Numbered from the whole stretch's first letter, positions 25,258 through 38,136 are shown. The stretch is DNA of 63,256 bases, filler included, from Reticulomyxa filosa (GCA_000512085.1; 20 parts of 20 records of this genome joined end to end with filler, not necessarily neighbours in it), one strand, 5' to 3'. Numbers and translations are program-made. The notes: generated by a model not told the origin, from the sequence alone.

Positions 25258-26171
25258 TTGAAAAAAATAAATAAGAAAACAAAAAATTGTGCGCGAATTG
25301 AAAAACCTTTTTACATCTTACTTTTTTGCTTTTCGACGCGTTACTTTGCAGTGCGTCAACGATTATCAGTACAAAAAAGCAACTCAACCGTAATCAACTC
25401 GCTCTAAACTTTTTTCACAAACAAACTTATCCCAGAAATTTGCTTTTGTTTTCACTAGTAAGTAATCAATGGGTAATCGCGTGTCAAACTTATTCTATAA
25501 TAAATCGGTGACAAAGGAAAAATAATCAGGGAGTAAACATAATTTAAATGATTATAGACACAAACAATGGATACTCATCAATGTAGTTTGTGGCAATACT
25601 AATATTTTTTCTTCATTTATTTAAGATAAATATTGTTCTTTCAACACGATGTGTCCATTCAAACAGAGAAGCAGTTCATGCGATTAACAGTGAACCAACT
25701 TATGGTATCGAGCTTTATTGCTTTTGAGAGTACAGCAATATGATTGGCTGATGTCAGTTTCCAATATATACAACAACGAGTCTAGTGTACATATCACACC
25801 CACACTTACGGAAATAGTTTTCCAACTGATAAAATTGACATGTTCTCAATTTTTAAAAACATTAAAAAAACTTTTCCCCACTTCTACATTCACAGATTGG
25901 CTGTTTTCATTTTGTTTAAATACTTCTTTTGTTTGGCTGCGTTTTTTTTATGATTCTTTTCCTAATGTATACCCAGTTGATATTATAATCAGTTATTTCT
26001 AGTTTTAATGATACTTGTTTGTGTTTTTTTTTTGAAAAGACTAAGTTGTCGGCTCTATTTTAATCAATATCGAACAAAAAGCAACAATCAAGGCTTGAAT
26101 GTATTGGATCTCCAATAGCACTCGTTTTGTGTTTATCACTGTGCTATGTGCCGTAAAAGAAAACGACAGTT

Positions 26172-26867
26172 GTGCACTTCTTCACATCAAATATAGACTT
26201 TTCAGTCGTTTACGATTACGTTTCTTGTTGGACATGGAGCGAAGCGCAGGATTTTTGTAGAAATCGTCTTGGAACTGATTTGGGAGCAGTTACATCGCAA
26301 AAATTCAAAACGAGATCAGTACATTGCTTTGGGATGAATATCTGGACGGTTGGTATTCATGGATGGGCTTGGAAGAGGTTAATGGTGCGTATGGATGGAC
26401 AGACTTGCAAGAATTTGGGGATTATATAAATTGGGACTATAAGGTATACGTACTTCTGTAATAACTTTCTTTTTTTTTTTTTTTGATACGCACGGGTGAT
26501 CGAAAAAAAATTAACATTTTCAAATTGGCTTTTTTTTTTTTTGTTATATTATTTTAAAAAAAAAAAGACAACCAGGGCCTCAGTCCTGTGGAGCACTGTT
26601 TCCAGATAACAGTCGGTATAACAGCGGATGGGGGGTGAAGAACTGCTCGGCGTGTTTTTCAGCTTTTGTATGTGACGCCCCAGGACTGCGATCGTATGGA
26701 TTTCATACGGCACTGGACGCGAACAACGGCACTACGAAGCCGGTGTGGATGAAGCTTTGCGACGGCCACGGGAAGTGCACAGCAGTGATGGAGAAGACGG
26801 ACAGGATATACTCGAATAAGTGGTATATATATTACCAGTGGTTGGATTCTATGAGCAGCCTGGCAAA
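26172..26867 (+). CDS. C-type lectin domain protein followed by a second, possibly PLAT-like domain; frameshift at an A-run; 3'-truncated
   Basis: TWSEAQDFCRNRLGTDLGAVTS, then (frameshift ~26299-26303) QNEI...SWMGLEEVNGAYGWTD...YINW, QPGPQSCGAL...WGVKNCS...FVC. Confidence 0.8.
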
Positions 26868-27399
26868 NNNNNNNNNNNNNNNNNNNNNNNNNNNNNNNNN
26901 NNNNNNNNNNNTTAATTAATTAANNNNNNNNNNNNNNNNNNNNNNNNNNNNNNNNNNNNNNNNNNNNTAATTTGTTTTGAGAGCTGTAATACTCTTTCAA
27001 TTTTCTTGTTGGTTTTCCAAAAGACAATTCTTATTCATTTTTGCTAATGGAAAGTAAAGTTTTTATTATCTGGATTTTCAAGTTTTTTTTTAACCTATTT
27101 TGAAATTTTTTAAAAACTAAAACAAAGCTTATTGCATTTTTTATTTGTAATAATGGAAAAACTTTAATAATGCAAAAATAAAATATTGGTAATGGCTGAA
27201 TTTTCGAATGAAAAAAAAATAAATACTTATGTGGCTGCCAGCACTTTTGTATAAATTAGTTTTTTACAAATACTCATCGTCATACTAATCGTTATAAAAT
27301 TAATATCACAGTAACTTAAAATCGTAAAGTTGTTCAAACGATCCAGCTCTTTCTACCAAAAAGTTTTCACTATGTGTAATTAAAAAACTTTAAAGTTTA

Positions 27400-27660
27400 T
27401 GTCTTGAAACATCAAAATCATTACATATTTTCAATGGACATAAGCGTATTGTTTGGTGTGTTGATATTTCGCAATTACAAAGTAATAACAAAAATGATAA
27501 TAATATATACGACTTGTTTTGTTCTGGGTCATGGAATAATACCATTAGAATATGGGATATCAATGTTTTCAAAGAACATAATATGTAAAATATGGATAAA
27601 TGAATTATTAAATATAATATTATCTGGGTCAGCAGATGAAAGTGTTTTTGTTTGATTAAA
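27400..27660 (+). pseudogene. WD40-repeat remnant
   Basis: HIFNGH, CSGSWNNTIRIWDI and IILSGSADESV fragments in shifting frames. Confidence 0.65.
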
Positions 27661-28789
27661 AGAAAAGTAAGATGACATTAAACTTATTTGATTTGATTGA
27701 AACATGTGTTTTATCTTAATTTGTTGTTTAAAAAAATCCAACAAGTTTTCATTCAATGTTTTTTTAAAGAAAATGAAAATTGTATCTAAATATCAAATAA
27801 ATTGTAAGATATTTCAAGTATTGATTTTTTTTTGTATAAAATCGAACAAGATTGTTTTTGTAGTGATTTCATGATATTTTTAATCAATATAAAATTTTAA
27901 TTAAATATGTCTTTCAATATGTTGTTTACAATTACAATAACATTCTTTAACTGACATAAAGTGCATTTAAATAAATACTCTGTACCAAAAATGAGCACAT
28001 TTTAAAATTTTTTTTGTTTAGAAGTAGTAATTTATTTATTGCGAGAGGCGTTTTGCCATTAATAATTTAAAAGTAATATTTGAAATACAAAATTTGAATA
28101 TCATGCAAAACTCTTTTTTGTTCCATTTAGTTAGGCATTGTGATAATATATTAATATTTGCAAAGTTTAACTTTTTTTTAAAAATTACATTTAATAATAT
28201 CCTAAAATGGATCTTTTTATTCTATTTTGACAAAGTAAATATATCAATGATATTTCTTTATATCCAAAGTATAACAATTTCAAGTATAAGAGAATACAGG
28301 TTTATTATTTTTTTCTTTAATGTTAACTTTTTATTTTGACGTTTTAAATTATCAAATTAATTTTATATTATCTGACAAAGGATGTTGTCATTGTAATCAA
28401 ATTGTAATAAACATGAAAATACAGAACAAGTTTATTGGGTAGGAAAAGAATGTCTACAAATGCATTTGAAGAAAAACAATGGAAAATAAATTGCATTTCC
28501 AAAAATGCCCCTTTTATTTATTGTTTTTTCATCCAAAAAAAATTAGGTGACATACTTAAATGCACAAACATGAAGAAAATATCAAAATAAAGTTTATATT
28601 TGCGAACAGAGTTTGTGAGATGATAGAATGTTTAAAAATTTTTTAATTTGTCGATGCAAAATTATTATGCTTTGATTAATTCTTTAAATTTGAACATTTT
28701 TTTTTCCTTTTTATCATTAAAAAAAAATTCTTGGTAAAAAAAGTTACAACTTGTTTGCAAACATTCATTCCAAGAAAAAAAATGCGATC

Positions 28790-30713
28790 CACTTTATCAC
28801 AGTGCAGCTAAACTTGCCTTGTGACAGTATTTCGTAGAAACAGATCGTCAATAATGGTAATGCTTACCAAGTATTTCTCATATTGGAATTGACATGGAAA
28901 CATTGAGATATTTGAGAATTGGAGTCAATGTGTTGCAAGAATAGCAATTGGAATAAAAAGTCATTGATTTGTGTTGAAACACAAGACAAAATGTTTAAAT
29001 GATCAATGATCAATGAATCGTCTGAGCAAGGATAATAACTCCAAAGACTATCCATTGTTTGTTCCCAATCGATAGCTATGCCATTAAATGTAACGCAAAC
29101 ATCTTTCACTGCTCTGCCTTTTTGCCTGTGAATACTTTGGATCTTTTCAATATCTCTTTGAATAACTCTACTTTTGCCCATTCCAACTCGCTCCAATGTG
29201 TATAACTGTATCCATGGAGGCTCTATGTTAATATAATAAGATTGAGCATTAGTCCATGAATTACGATACAATTGGACAGCATTTTCTTTGGAAGTTCTTG
29301 GGATGATATATTTGGGAATGAAACGTGGAATGGCTCCAAGAGTTTACACAAAGGATTTTCAGCATCGCTGGATATAACAGCAAACAAATAAAAGCAGTTT
29401 TTTAATTTTTCCAATTGAACATCATTCAATAATAGATCGTGCACAAGTGTTAACTCTTCTGGATATACCAAGCAATACAACGATTTTACAGAGTCATGAT
29501 GCATTTGTATGTCATTGGAGATGTCTCGAAATATCAAACAAGCAACATCCTTTTCCATTGTCTTTTCATTACAAATCAAAATATGTTCCGCTCGTGGAAT
29601 ATAAGGTTGCGATTCAAATAAGCCAAGTACCTTAAATAAGAGTAATTTATCCTGAGAAAGGATCAGATTGGGTTTGCCAATATGTAAGCCAACAGGATAT
29701 ATTCTTTCAATAGTATGATGGTGTGGAGAACAAGTCCACAGTGAACGAAGAATCTATCCAAACTTTGCAATATCATCTCTGCATTTTTTTAAATCATCTC
29801 TTTCGTTGGTAGCACACGTATCATAACTTGTCAACATATTGGGATCAAACTTTCTCCAATTATGCAATATCTCGTCGACGTTTCTATTAGTAACTTTGCA
29901 GTTGACTTTTTGAAGAAATGGTAAACGGAAATAGTTAAGTGCGGGAAAGTTTTCTCTTAATTGAAGATAGCATTGTTTCCAGTTTATTAATCGTTTTTTC
30001 CAAAGATCTTTGCAATTTTTAAAATTACTACTCATTTGCAAATTCGCACATATAATATTTTCATCATCATCAATTTTAAAAACACGTCCTCCTTGTTTCC
30101 AAAATTCAATTTGAACTGCGCTAATTTCTTTGCATTCTTCAAATTGCCCGATGATATGTCCAATTTCATTTAATTCGCTTTTTCTCACTCCAAGCAAAAT
30201 ACGATCAATTTTATCATAATGCCAAGTAGTATTGAGGATTTCCAATATTAACTTGCTGTTCTTATTTCCCTGCGTCATTGCTGCTTTGAATTGCCTAATA
30301 TTTTTGTCATCTCCGTTGGCCAAGAAAGAAATATTTGCCAGATCTATAAGACCTATATCACAGAATTTCTTTAGCATTTCCATAAAGTTTTGGCGATCGG
30401 GACTCAATGATAATATAGCAGTCATATTGTCAAATATATTGTCAAATGAACTTTTCCATAACCTTTGCATGACATGATTCACACATTCCAAAGAACTTTC
30501 CAAATTCTGAAGACTTTGCAATATCTTCTCAAACTCTTCTTGCCAATATTTTTAGTTTATTTTCACAACAAGCCCACATTCCTCAGTTGTTTGTAAAGCA
30601 GACTTTTTGCCTGCATTTTTTTGTTCATTTCAAATAAATATTTGAAACAAGGCAATTTTTTCCTTTTGAAGATGCGAATATCACAATGATAAGAAATTTC
30701 AAAATTATATTGA
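28790..30713 (-). pseudogene. RNF213/mysterin-like giant AAA+ protein fragment, disrupted
   Basis: In order: LRENFPALNYF, GKPNLIL, IPRAEHILICNEKT..DVACLIFR, LYCLVYPE, Walker-A-like ERVGMGKS, INDFLFQLLFLQHI. This matches the order remembered for the start of the RNF213 AAA module. Stops and frameshifts present. Confidence 0.7.
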
Positions 30714-30813
30714 NNNNNNNNNNNNNNNNNNNNNNNNNNNNNNNNNNNNNNNNNNNNTTAATTAATTAANNNNNNNNNNNNNNNNNNNNNNNNNNNNNNN
30801 NNNNNNNNNNNNN

Positions 30814-31341
30814 AATAATAATAATAACAAGAATAATAATAATAATAACAATGAATCCGAAAACGAAAAATTAACTCCTCAACATCACAGCTCAGTTGAA
30901 CAATTACCCAAAGATGACCATTTCCAATTGGAAGAGAAATCCGTTTCTGTGGTCAACACCAAGTCCACTCGCTCGGACTTGCAATCTCCTGATGATAACT
31001 ATTCTGCCACGTTCATTTATGTCAATCGCAATTATATTGCCATTGGCGACAAGTATCGACGACACCACTTTGTTTAATTTTTTTGCCTTATGTGAATATC
31101 CCTTTGTGTATTTATGTGTGTGTATGTGTGTGTGTGTGCGCGAGAGGAATCTAATGTCATATGTTTGATCAATCAAACAAACAAATTTGTCTCGCATAGC
31201 CAAACGTACGCCATTTACATTGACAAAAATTTAAATCATGGCACTACGTCCAAGTGCTTGTCACTCAAATCGCCACGTTTGGTGCAAGATGTGAACGGAG
31301 ACTTTCAGATTCGACACATTGAAGTATGGTGTGTTGAATAA
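30814..31341 (+). CDS. TLDc-domain protein (OXR1/NCOA7-like), 3' end
   Basis: FIYVNRNYIAIGD / YAIYIDKNLNHGTTSKCLSLKSPRL...DFQIRHIEVWCV*. One intron with a (GT)n tract. Poly-Asn upstream. Confidence 0.8.
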
Positions 31342-31958
31342 ATACCACAGCACCCATTAACATCGAAAGAGGGAATTTGAACTCGTATTTCTCTCTTTTG
31401 CCAACGGAGAGAGGAATGAGACCAGAAAGGAAAACCAAAAAAAAAATTATGTTGACATATTTCTTTTTTTTTTAATATTTAGTTTATTTTTTTTCTTAGA
31501 TTTTGTTCCGTTTTATTATTTGTTTTATGTTGTTTTTTGTTTTGTTTTTGTTGTCTCCTTTTATACTTGTCCGTTCTTTCCCTTTCTCCTTCCCCCCTCC
31601 CTTGCTCAAACAAAAAACTCTCTTTCGTCACCAAAACATTGGAGAATGCTTGGTGAATCTAATATGTAATTGATGCTTATACCTTTTTTCTAAATGATTG
31701 AGTGAATATTCTTATCTTGTCGTCAATCACAAACAATGTCACGTCCTGGGAAAATTAAACTACTCCATGTGTCAAGTGTAGAGCTAATGAGATGAAAGGT
31801 TAAGATGCAATATCGTGCAAACTTACACATTTTATTTTGATTTTTTCCAAAATAATTTCACAAGCAATACAAGTAATTAAACTGTATTTTTTGTTTGTTT
31901 GATAGGTGTAATAAAAACAAAAAAAGGCCTATATATATATCATATATCATACCAGACA

Positions 31959-32697
31959 ATGCTTGCAGGACCTTCACAAAACACGCGTTCGAAAAAGCGT
32001 TATCGTTCGCAGACCTCGCCAGCGAATGCAGAGCCAAGCACAGAGCAACTGGAGGAATGGGCGCAAAAAAACTCGAGTCTTCAGCAACCATCGACGAGCA
32101 ACGGAGACGATCTGTTGGACTTGTTTTCAGCAAGCCCAACAACGCCCGATGCATCCTCAACCACGACAATTAGCATAAAAATCGGAGAGAAGGCAAAGAC
32201 GCCCACAGCTTCGATGATGTCTTCGCGAACAACAGCGACCACGACGACAACAAAAGCAAATGAAAGCAACAACGACGATGTGTTTGGGCTGTTTGGCTTT
32301 GAAGACACTTCAACAAAGAATGCAACAAAGGCAAAGTCAGGAACTAGCAATGGCAATGGCAATGGCAATGGCAATAGCAGTGGTGGTAATGGCATATTGC
32401 AATCGAATGCAGAAACATCAAAGACAACGAATGGCCACGTGAAAGGACGAACATTTGACGATTTCGATATGGATTTCGCCACGTCCAAAATAAAGACAAA
32501 GGAAGACACAAAACGCACGGTTGACAACGCCAAGGTCAACGTCGTTGTCAACCAACAAAAAAACAGTTGTCTCATTTGTCATTCCAATATTGATTTGTTT
32601 ATATATATATATATATATAAACAAATGAATAAATAAATAAATCAATATTGGAATGATTTGAACAGACGAAAAAAAGGGGAAAGTGAAGACGAGGATA
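31959..32697 (+). CDS. Hypothetical low-complexity protein (S/T/N/G-rich; DLLDLF, DVFGLFGF, FDDFDMDF motifs); 3'-truncated
   Basis: Long GC-richer open frame. (CAATGG)n encodes GNGNGN. Intron 32566-32665. Confidence 0.55.
32579..32656. mobile_element. MITE-like 78-bp inverted-repeat element inside an intron
   Basis: Perfect 18-bp inverted repeats tcattccaatattgattt (32579-32596) and aaatcaatattggaatga (32639-32656), flanked by direct repeat TTTG. Confidence 0.4.
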
Positions 32698-32821
32698 NNN
32701 NNNNNNNNNNNNNNNNNNNNNNNNNNNNNNNNNNNNNNNNNTTAATTAATTAANNNNNNNNNNNNNNNNNNNNNNNNNNNNNNNNNNNNNNNNNNNNTGA
32801 ATGTCTATTAATTGTTTGAAA

Positions 32822-34419
32822 TCATATAAGTAAGTAATGACAAAATAAAATAAAATAAATAAAGACTAACCCAGATTCTCCAAGATATTCAAAATTAGAA
32901 ACTAATTCTTCCAAATTTTTAGAGATATTATCTCGCATAAATTGGTCAAATTCATATGGAACTTCAATTCGATGAGTTCCTATTATCTTTTTATTATTAA
33001 AAAATCGTTGTTTACCATTTTCAATATTTTCCAACAATTTTAAATAATGTGTTGAATATACTGCTTGGAATTCTTTCATTTTCTTTTCACCAGATTTTGT
33101 TTGAAATATTTCATCAAATATAATTTCGACATCTTTGTCAATATAAGAACTCCCCCAAGGACCTCCAAATGAAGAAATCATTTCTCTCACTTCAAATGGT
33201 CCAATGATTTCATGACATACAATATCCGCTGTCCCTGCTCCCAAATCCATCATCACATAACAATCTCCTGTTTTGAATTGAACAGTATTTGGATTATCTT
33301 TCATTTCAAGCATTACACACATGCTTGCACATTCAGGTTCAAGTACATAAGTAATTGATTAGGGATAGAGGGGCTCCATATCTCAGCTTGTTGTGCCCAT
33401 TGTTTCATCAATCCTTTAGCTTCCTCACTCCAAATTGCTGGAACTGTGATCACCCATTGAATTTTGTTTTCATTGATAGTAATATGGTTTTGTTTGAAAT
33501 ATTCTATCGCCTTTTGTTTGCAAAATTTCAAAGCACCAACAAATACAATTTCAGAATTGATACAAATTCCATTCATTGATTTCAATTCTCTTTTGATAGT
33601 TGGTTGTTCATTTGTTTGATAAATATCTGCCACATTTTTTTTTAAAAATGGCCAGTTATAAATACAATGCTTATGAACAAAATAAAAAAGGAATCAAACC
33701 ATATAGATTCATTTTAAATCTGTGAAATAATAACAATTTGTCGGCATCTCTGTCTGGATCTTGATATCTTTTTTTTTTTAAAAAAAAAAAAAAAAATGGA
33801 ATAATTTTGTGAAGTGAAAAAAAAAAAAAAAAAAAGATTTGAATTTTGATTGAAATGAAATGGATAAAACTTAGTCCATGCTTCATTTCCAAAAGCAATG
33901 ACTTGATGATTTTTATCCAATAACAATGCTGTCTTTGTTTTTGTATGAACCTCTTTCTTATCACATATCCCACTGCTATTCCAATCTGTTATAAGACGGA
34001 CGCTGTCTGCTCTTTTTATAGTAATTCCCATGGCTGTCCCATCAGTCCCAAAATCAATTGCAATCATGCAATCAAAATACTCTGTATTTCTCCATGGCAT
34101 GCTTGATCTTTTATTAATTAATACAAAAAATTAGAGTAAATTTTTTTTCATTTTTAAAAAAATAAAAAAAATTGAAAATAAATAACAAAAACTGCTGATT
34201 TTTAAATTGGTCATAATTTGGTCTTGGTGTCTGACATTCTGTGCATCGCAGATATTGCTGTTTGTTGGACTTTTGACAGGTTAAGCAGCTCCAGTCGTCA
34301 TTTTGGACTTTTTGATGGTGAGAAAGAGCCAACTGGTCGAACTGAAAATCATTTTCTCTGTCTACGCTGTCTTTGACATCTTCATCATCCTTTCTTTCTC
34401 GATCAATCGATATGTCCAA
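32822..34419 (-). CDS. HSPA12-like atypical Hsp70 with N-terminal RanBP2-type zinc finger; one frameshift; 3'-truncated
   Basis: WSCLTCQKSN...RCTECQTPRP, IAIDFGTDG, KTKTALLL, FHRFKMNL, WVITVPAIWSEEAKGLMKQWA, LEPECAS (frameshift ~33347), MMDLGAGTADI, GGPWGSSYID. Confidence 0.85.
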
Positions 34420-35590
34420 GTTTTTTTATGATTCTTGTTAAGCTTTTTAACATGTCTTATCTGGTTCTAACGCTCTGTTTAAAACTTTTTAAAAAAATTA
34501 CTTGTGTTACCTTTTTAGAACAATTTTCCTTTTTTTTAATGGAAATGTAAATAAAAAATAATTTAAAACCATTGAAAGGTTTCGTTTGTTTCAAGCAAAC
34601 ATCATTGTCAATCCATATTCCAAATCAATAGTGATTTTATGAAAAATTGATCTACATTGGGTAATATTGTACTTCAATCGGATTATTATCATTGTGTTTT
34701 CGAAATAAGTATTCAAAAGGAAAATTGATTGATATTTGTATTAGTAATATAATTTAATTGATTAAATATTTTCATTTTTAAAGTTGTAACGTTTTGTTAG
34801 GAATGGATATCTTTATAGTGTTTTTAGACTATTATTTTATCCAACAAATTTTTTTAATCAGTCAAAAGTATTGGATATGGTTTCGCTTCACTCAAATTGG
34901 TTCAAAATTCTAAGAAACGCTACAATATTTTTGAAGTAATGATATTAAAGGCAAATCCTTTCTTTGGAAACATTTCATAAAATACTTCAATACAAAGAAC
35001 AAGATTGAATTTCACATTTTAAAGAAATAATTGCATGTAGGACTATATTCTAAAAGTATCACATAATTGATTTCTTTTGATTGAGTTTCAAGTTTGACTT
35101 ACTATCACTTGTCTCGTACTATATTTTAACGAAGATTCAATAACAAAAATTATTATTGAAGTTTATAACTTATTATGAATTTTTTATGTAGATCTTTCTT
35201 TTACTTCATGCATAAAAAAAAACAATATCATTTTTGTAATTGTTATAATTCTGATCAACGATGTATTGTTTTTATGGATACCTTTTCGTCTTACTATTTG
35301 TTAATAACAAAAAAAAGATGAAATTCTTGCCTTTTACTTGTAGTATGAACGACAAGAATTATTTATTTTATTGCAGTGGTCCAATTTGTTTAAGACAGAG
35401 GTGATGAAAAGAAAAAGAGCGAGCAAACTTTGGATATGTTTGACATCTGAACTAACAATTTTTGTAAACAATAGAAATTTGCACTAAAGATGATCACATC
35501 TTCTGAGCACTTTATAACTTTTTAATTCAGAAACATGCTTTTGACATTGCAAAAAATGTGATTTATTGACAAAAAAAAAACCAAAGCGAA

Positions 35591-36180
35591 TCAATGACGT
35601 GGAAACAAGAAAGAGCGCTTTTGCATTTCAAGACCTCGCATTCGTGCATGAACAGAACCAACAAACTCCGTGCGATTAGAGATCAAGGCAATCCTTGCAT
35701 AAAAGTAATGGATCAAAACCAATAAGTGAATTTGTTTGGTATTGACCAACTTGGCCATCATTAAACAATGCATTTTTTCTTCTTTGAGTCCAGCGTATCC
35801 ACGTGGTCTCAAATATAACAATGTTTTTTGCAATACTTGTCCATGCAAACGACCTCCTTTTATTCTCACATTTAATTCGACATTTATGCTCTCTGTTGTA
35901 TCTATATTCAAGTCTTTTAAGGTCTTTTGCTTGTGTTGTTCTTCACTCAATATCAATCTGTTGCACAGCAACAATTGATCTTCCATTCTTATTCCACTTT
36001 GTGCTTCCAATTCTTTACTCAATGATTCTATTGTTCTTTCACTTGTCATGTCCTATGTTTTTTTTTCCCAAAGTATTCTGCTATGCGTAAATCACTTCCA
36101 GATTCCCTCACTCTCTTTTTTTTCTTTTTTTGTTCTTACCACTACTAATGTCTTGCCATTTGGAGTTTTCACCAATCTAT
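35591..36180 (-). pseudogene. Ubiquitin-like domain fused to a Cys-containing C-terminal region, decayed
   Basis: LVKTPNGKTLVV exon, then TIESLSKELEAQSGIRMEDQLLL...KTLKDLNI...LNVRIKGG. Downstream frameshift and stops. Confidence 0.65.
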
Positions 36181-36732
36181 ATTTTGTTTTTTCCGTTTCA
36201 AAGCCAAGTTTCAAATTTCAGGAATTTTCTGAACACAGGCACGAAATGCAAATGCGAAAGGAACATACAGTTGTTGCACTTTGGAGCAATTGTTATCCAT
36301 TTTGAAAGGATGACTCTTTGGAGATAAACAAAATGGATTAGTATTATTGCTATTATTGAGGGCTATTGAGCGTTGATTTCATCTCAAAAAATTAACTGTG
36401 GTTTGTCTTTTGCTTCAGTAGGTCGTGTGTACGTTAAAGCATTAGGGTATATGTCAATTAGAAATTAATGTCTCAGTGTATATTTAAAAGATGAGTGGAA
36501 ATTTTCTTAGAAATTTAATTTTTGACATGTTTGCAGAAATTCGAAATATCAATAATTCAAAGAACAAACCCACATGTTTTGCAAACAAATTTTCTAAAGA
36601 TTGTTGTAAAAGCACAAAAAGAAAAATAATGATAAAGATAACAATAATTTTTACGGAACATTCAAACTAAAATCTAAACTAAAAAAATCAAAAAACCTTT
36701 AAAACATTGAATTGCACTATAAACAAGTTTTT

Positions 36733-38036
36733 TTAGAAGAAAGCAGGGAAAAAACATGCAATAACGAACAAATTAACAATGCAAAAAAAGCAGCTTTGAA
36801 TGTTTGCTGCAGAGGCAGTGTGAGTTGGAGTTGGGGTAGTAGTGACATTATAATAATCATTGCGCGACTCTTTCAAAGCAATTTCACTAAATTGAACCGA
36901 TTGATATGTGTGATTTGCAAAAGTGACATCATCTACAGAAGCAGCATCAAATAAACATTGAAATTGATTTTGGCACATAGCGTTTGCAATATTGGAAATA
37001 TTGGAGCCATTGGCATTGCAACCAAAATTGATATCAAAAGAAGGTGTCCAATTGTAAATATCATGGAGTGAATAATTACTTGCAATAAAAAGATTAGAGC
37101 TATTAGGAATTAACCATAATAATCCAAAAGAATAGTGTAATTGTTTGAGTGTTAGATTATAGTCTAATATTGTACCATTTGGTAATACAAAATCATTAAA
37201 TGGGTTACCATCAGAATTGCCAAGTAAACCACGTAATTCTCCAAAATAAGTTGCATTTTCCGCTACAAACGAATATTGTAAATATTGTATGGTTTGTTGT
37301 GAACTGTTCAATACCATTTCTGTCAACCACAAATTACATAATACAGTTCGATTTAATGCTGCGATTACAGTAGAGTTATAGTTATAATCAATGGAATAAT
37401 CTGCAAATTGCAAATGAGTTTGCACTGGTAATAGCATTAAATCACCATTGTAATATACTTGCAAACCACTTGTTCCGTCACCACTCTGAACTTCAATCAC
37501 TACATCTTTTTCTCCATTGCTATTATTTGCAATGATACGTATTGCAATTGCTGTCAACATGGAGCCACATCCAATTTTGGTCAATTGACCGCCCATTTCA
37601 AAACGATGGTGCTTGATTAAATAATAATTACCAATTCCATTAAATGTGTAATTATGGCCATCCAACGTGATTAAATGTGCATCACCTTGCACCCAGCTGC
37701 ACAATGGTGGAGGAAGTAAATTTGGAAAGCGAGGACCTTTGTTACTTGGTCTTCTGGATAGATATACATCACATTGTGAATGTAAAAAGCAACAAAGAAA
37801 AAACGGAGTAACGTCAAAAATGATATGCCCCAATGCATTAATATCTGGAGAGTAATAATCAGCTGTCCCTGCACATCTTCCTGAAGTACACAAATTATCA
37901 TCAATTGTGTAACAACATTGTTGTCCAGAGAACGATCCAGGAGCAGTAGCGCGAATACAATTGTAAGCACCAGCGTGAAAAATCAAACATCCAATTGACC
38001 CGTCCTGACATATTTCATCTCTGATCCTTTTTTTAA
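36733..38036 (-). CDS. AMOP + von Willebrand D (VWD) surface protein (SUSD2/MUC4/Mesh-like) with probable GPI signal; 5'-truncated
   Basis: CIFHAGAYNCIRA..GQQCCY, DVTPFFLCC...CDVYLSRRP (AMOP); GDAHLITLDGHNYTFNGIGNY and GLLGNSDGNPFNDFVLPNG (VWD); T/P spacer + SAA + hydrophobic C-terminal tail; many NxS/T sites. Confidence 0.88.
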
Positions 38037-38136
38037 NNNNNNNNNNNNNNNNNNNNNNNNNNNNNNNNNNNNNNNNNNNNTTAATTAATTAANNNNNNNN
38101 NNNNNNNNNNNNNNNNNNNNNNNNNNNNNNNNNNNN

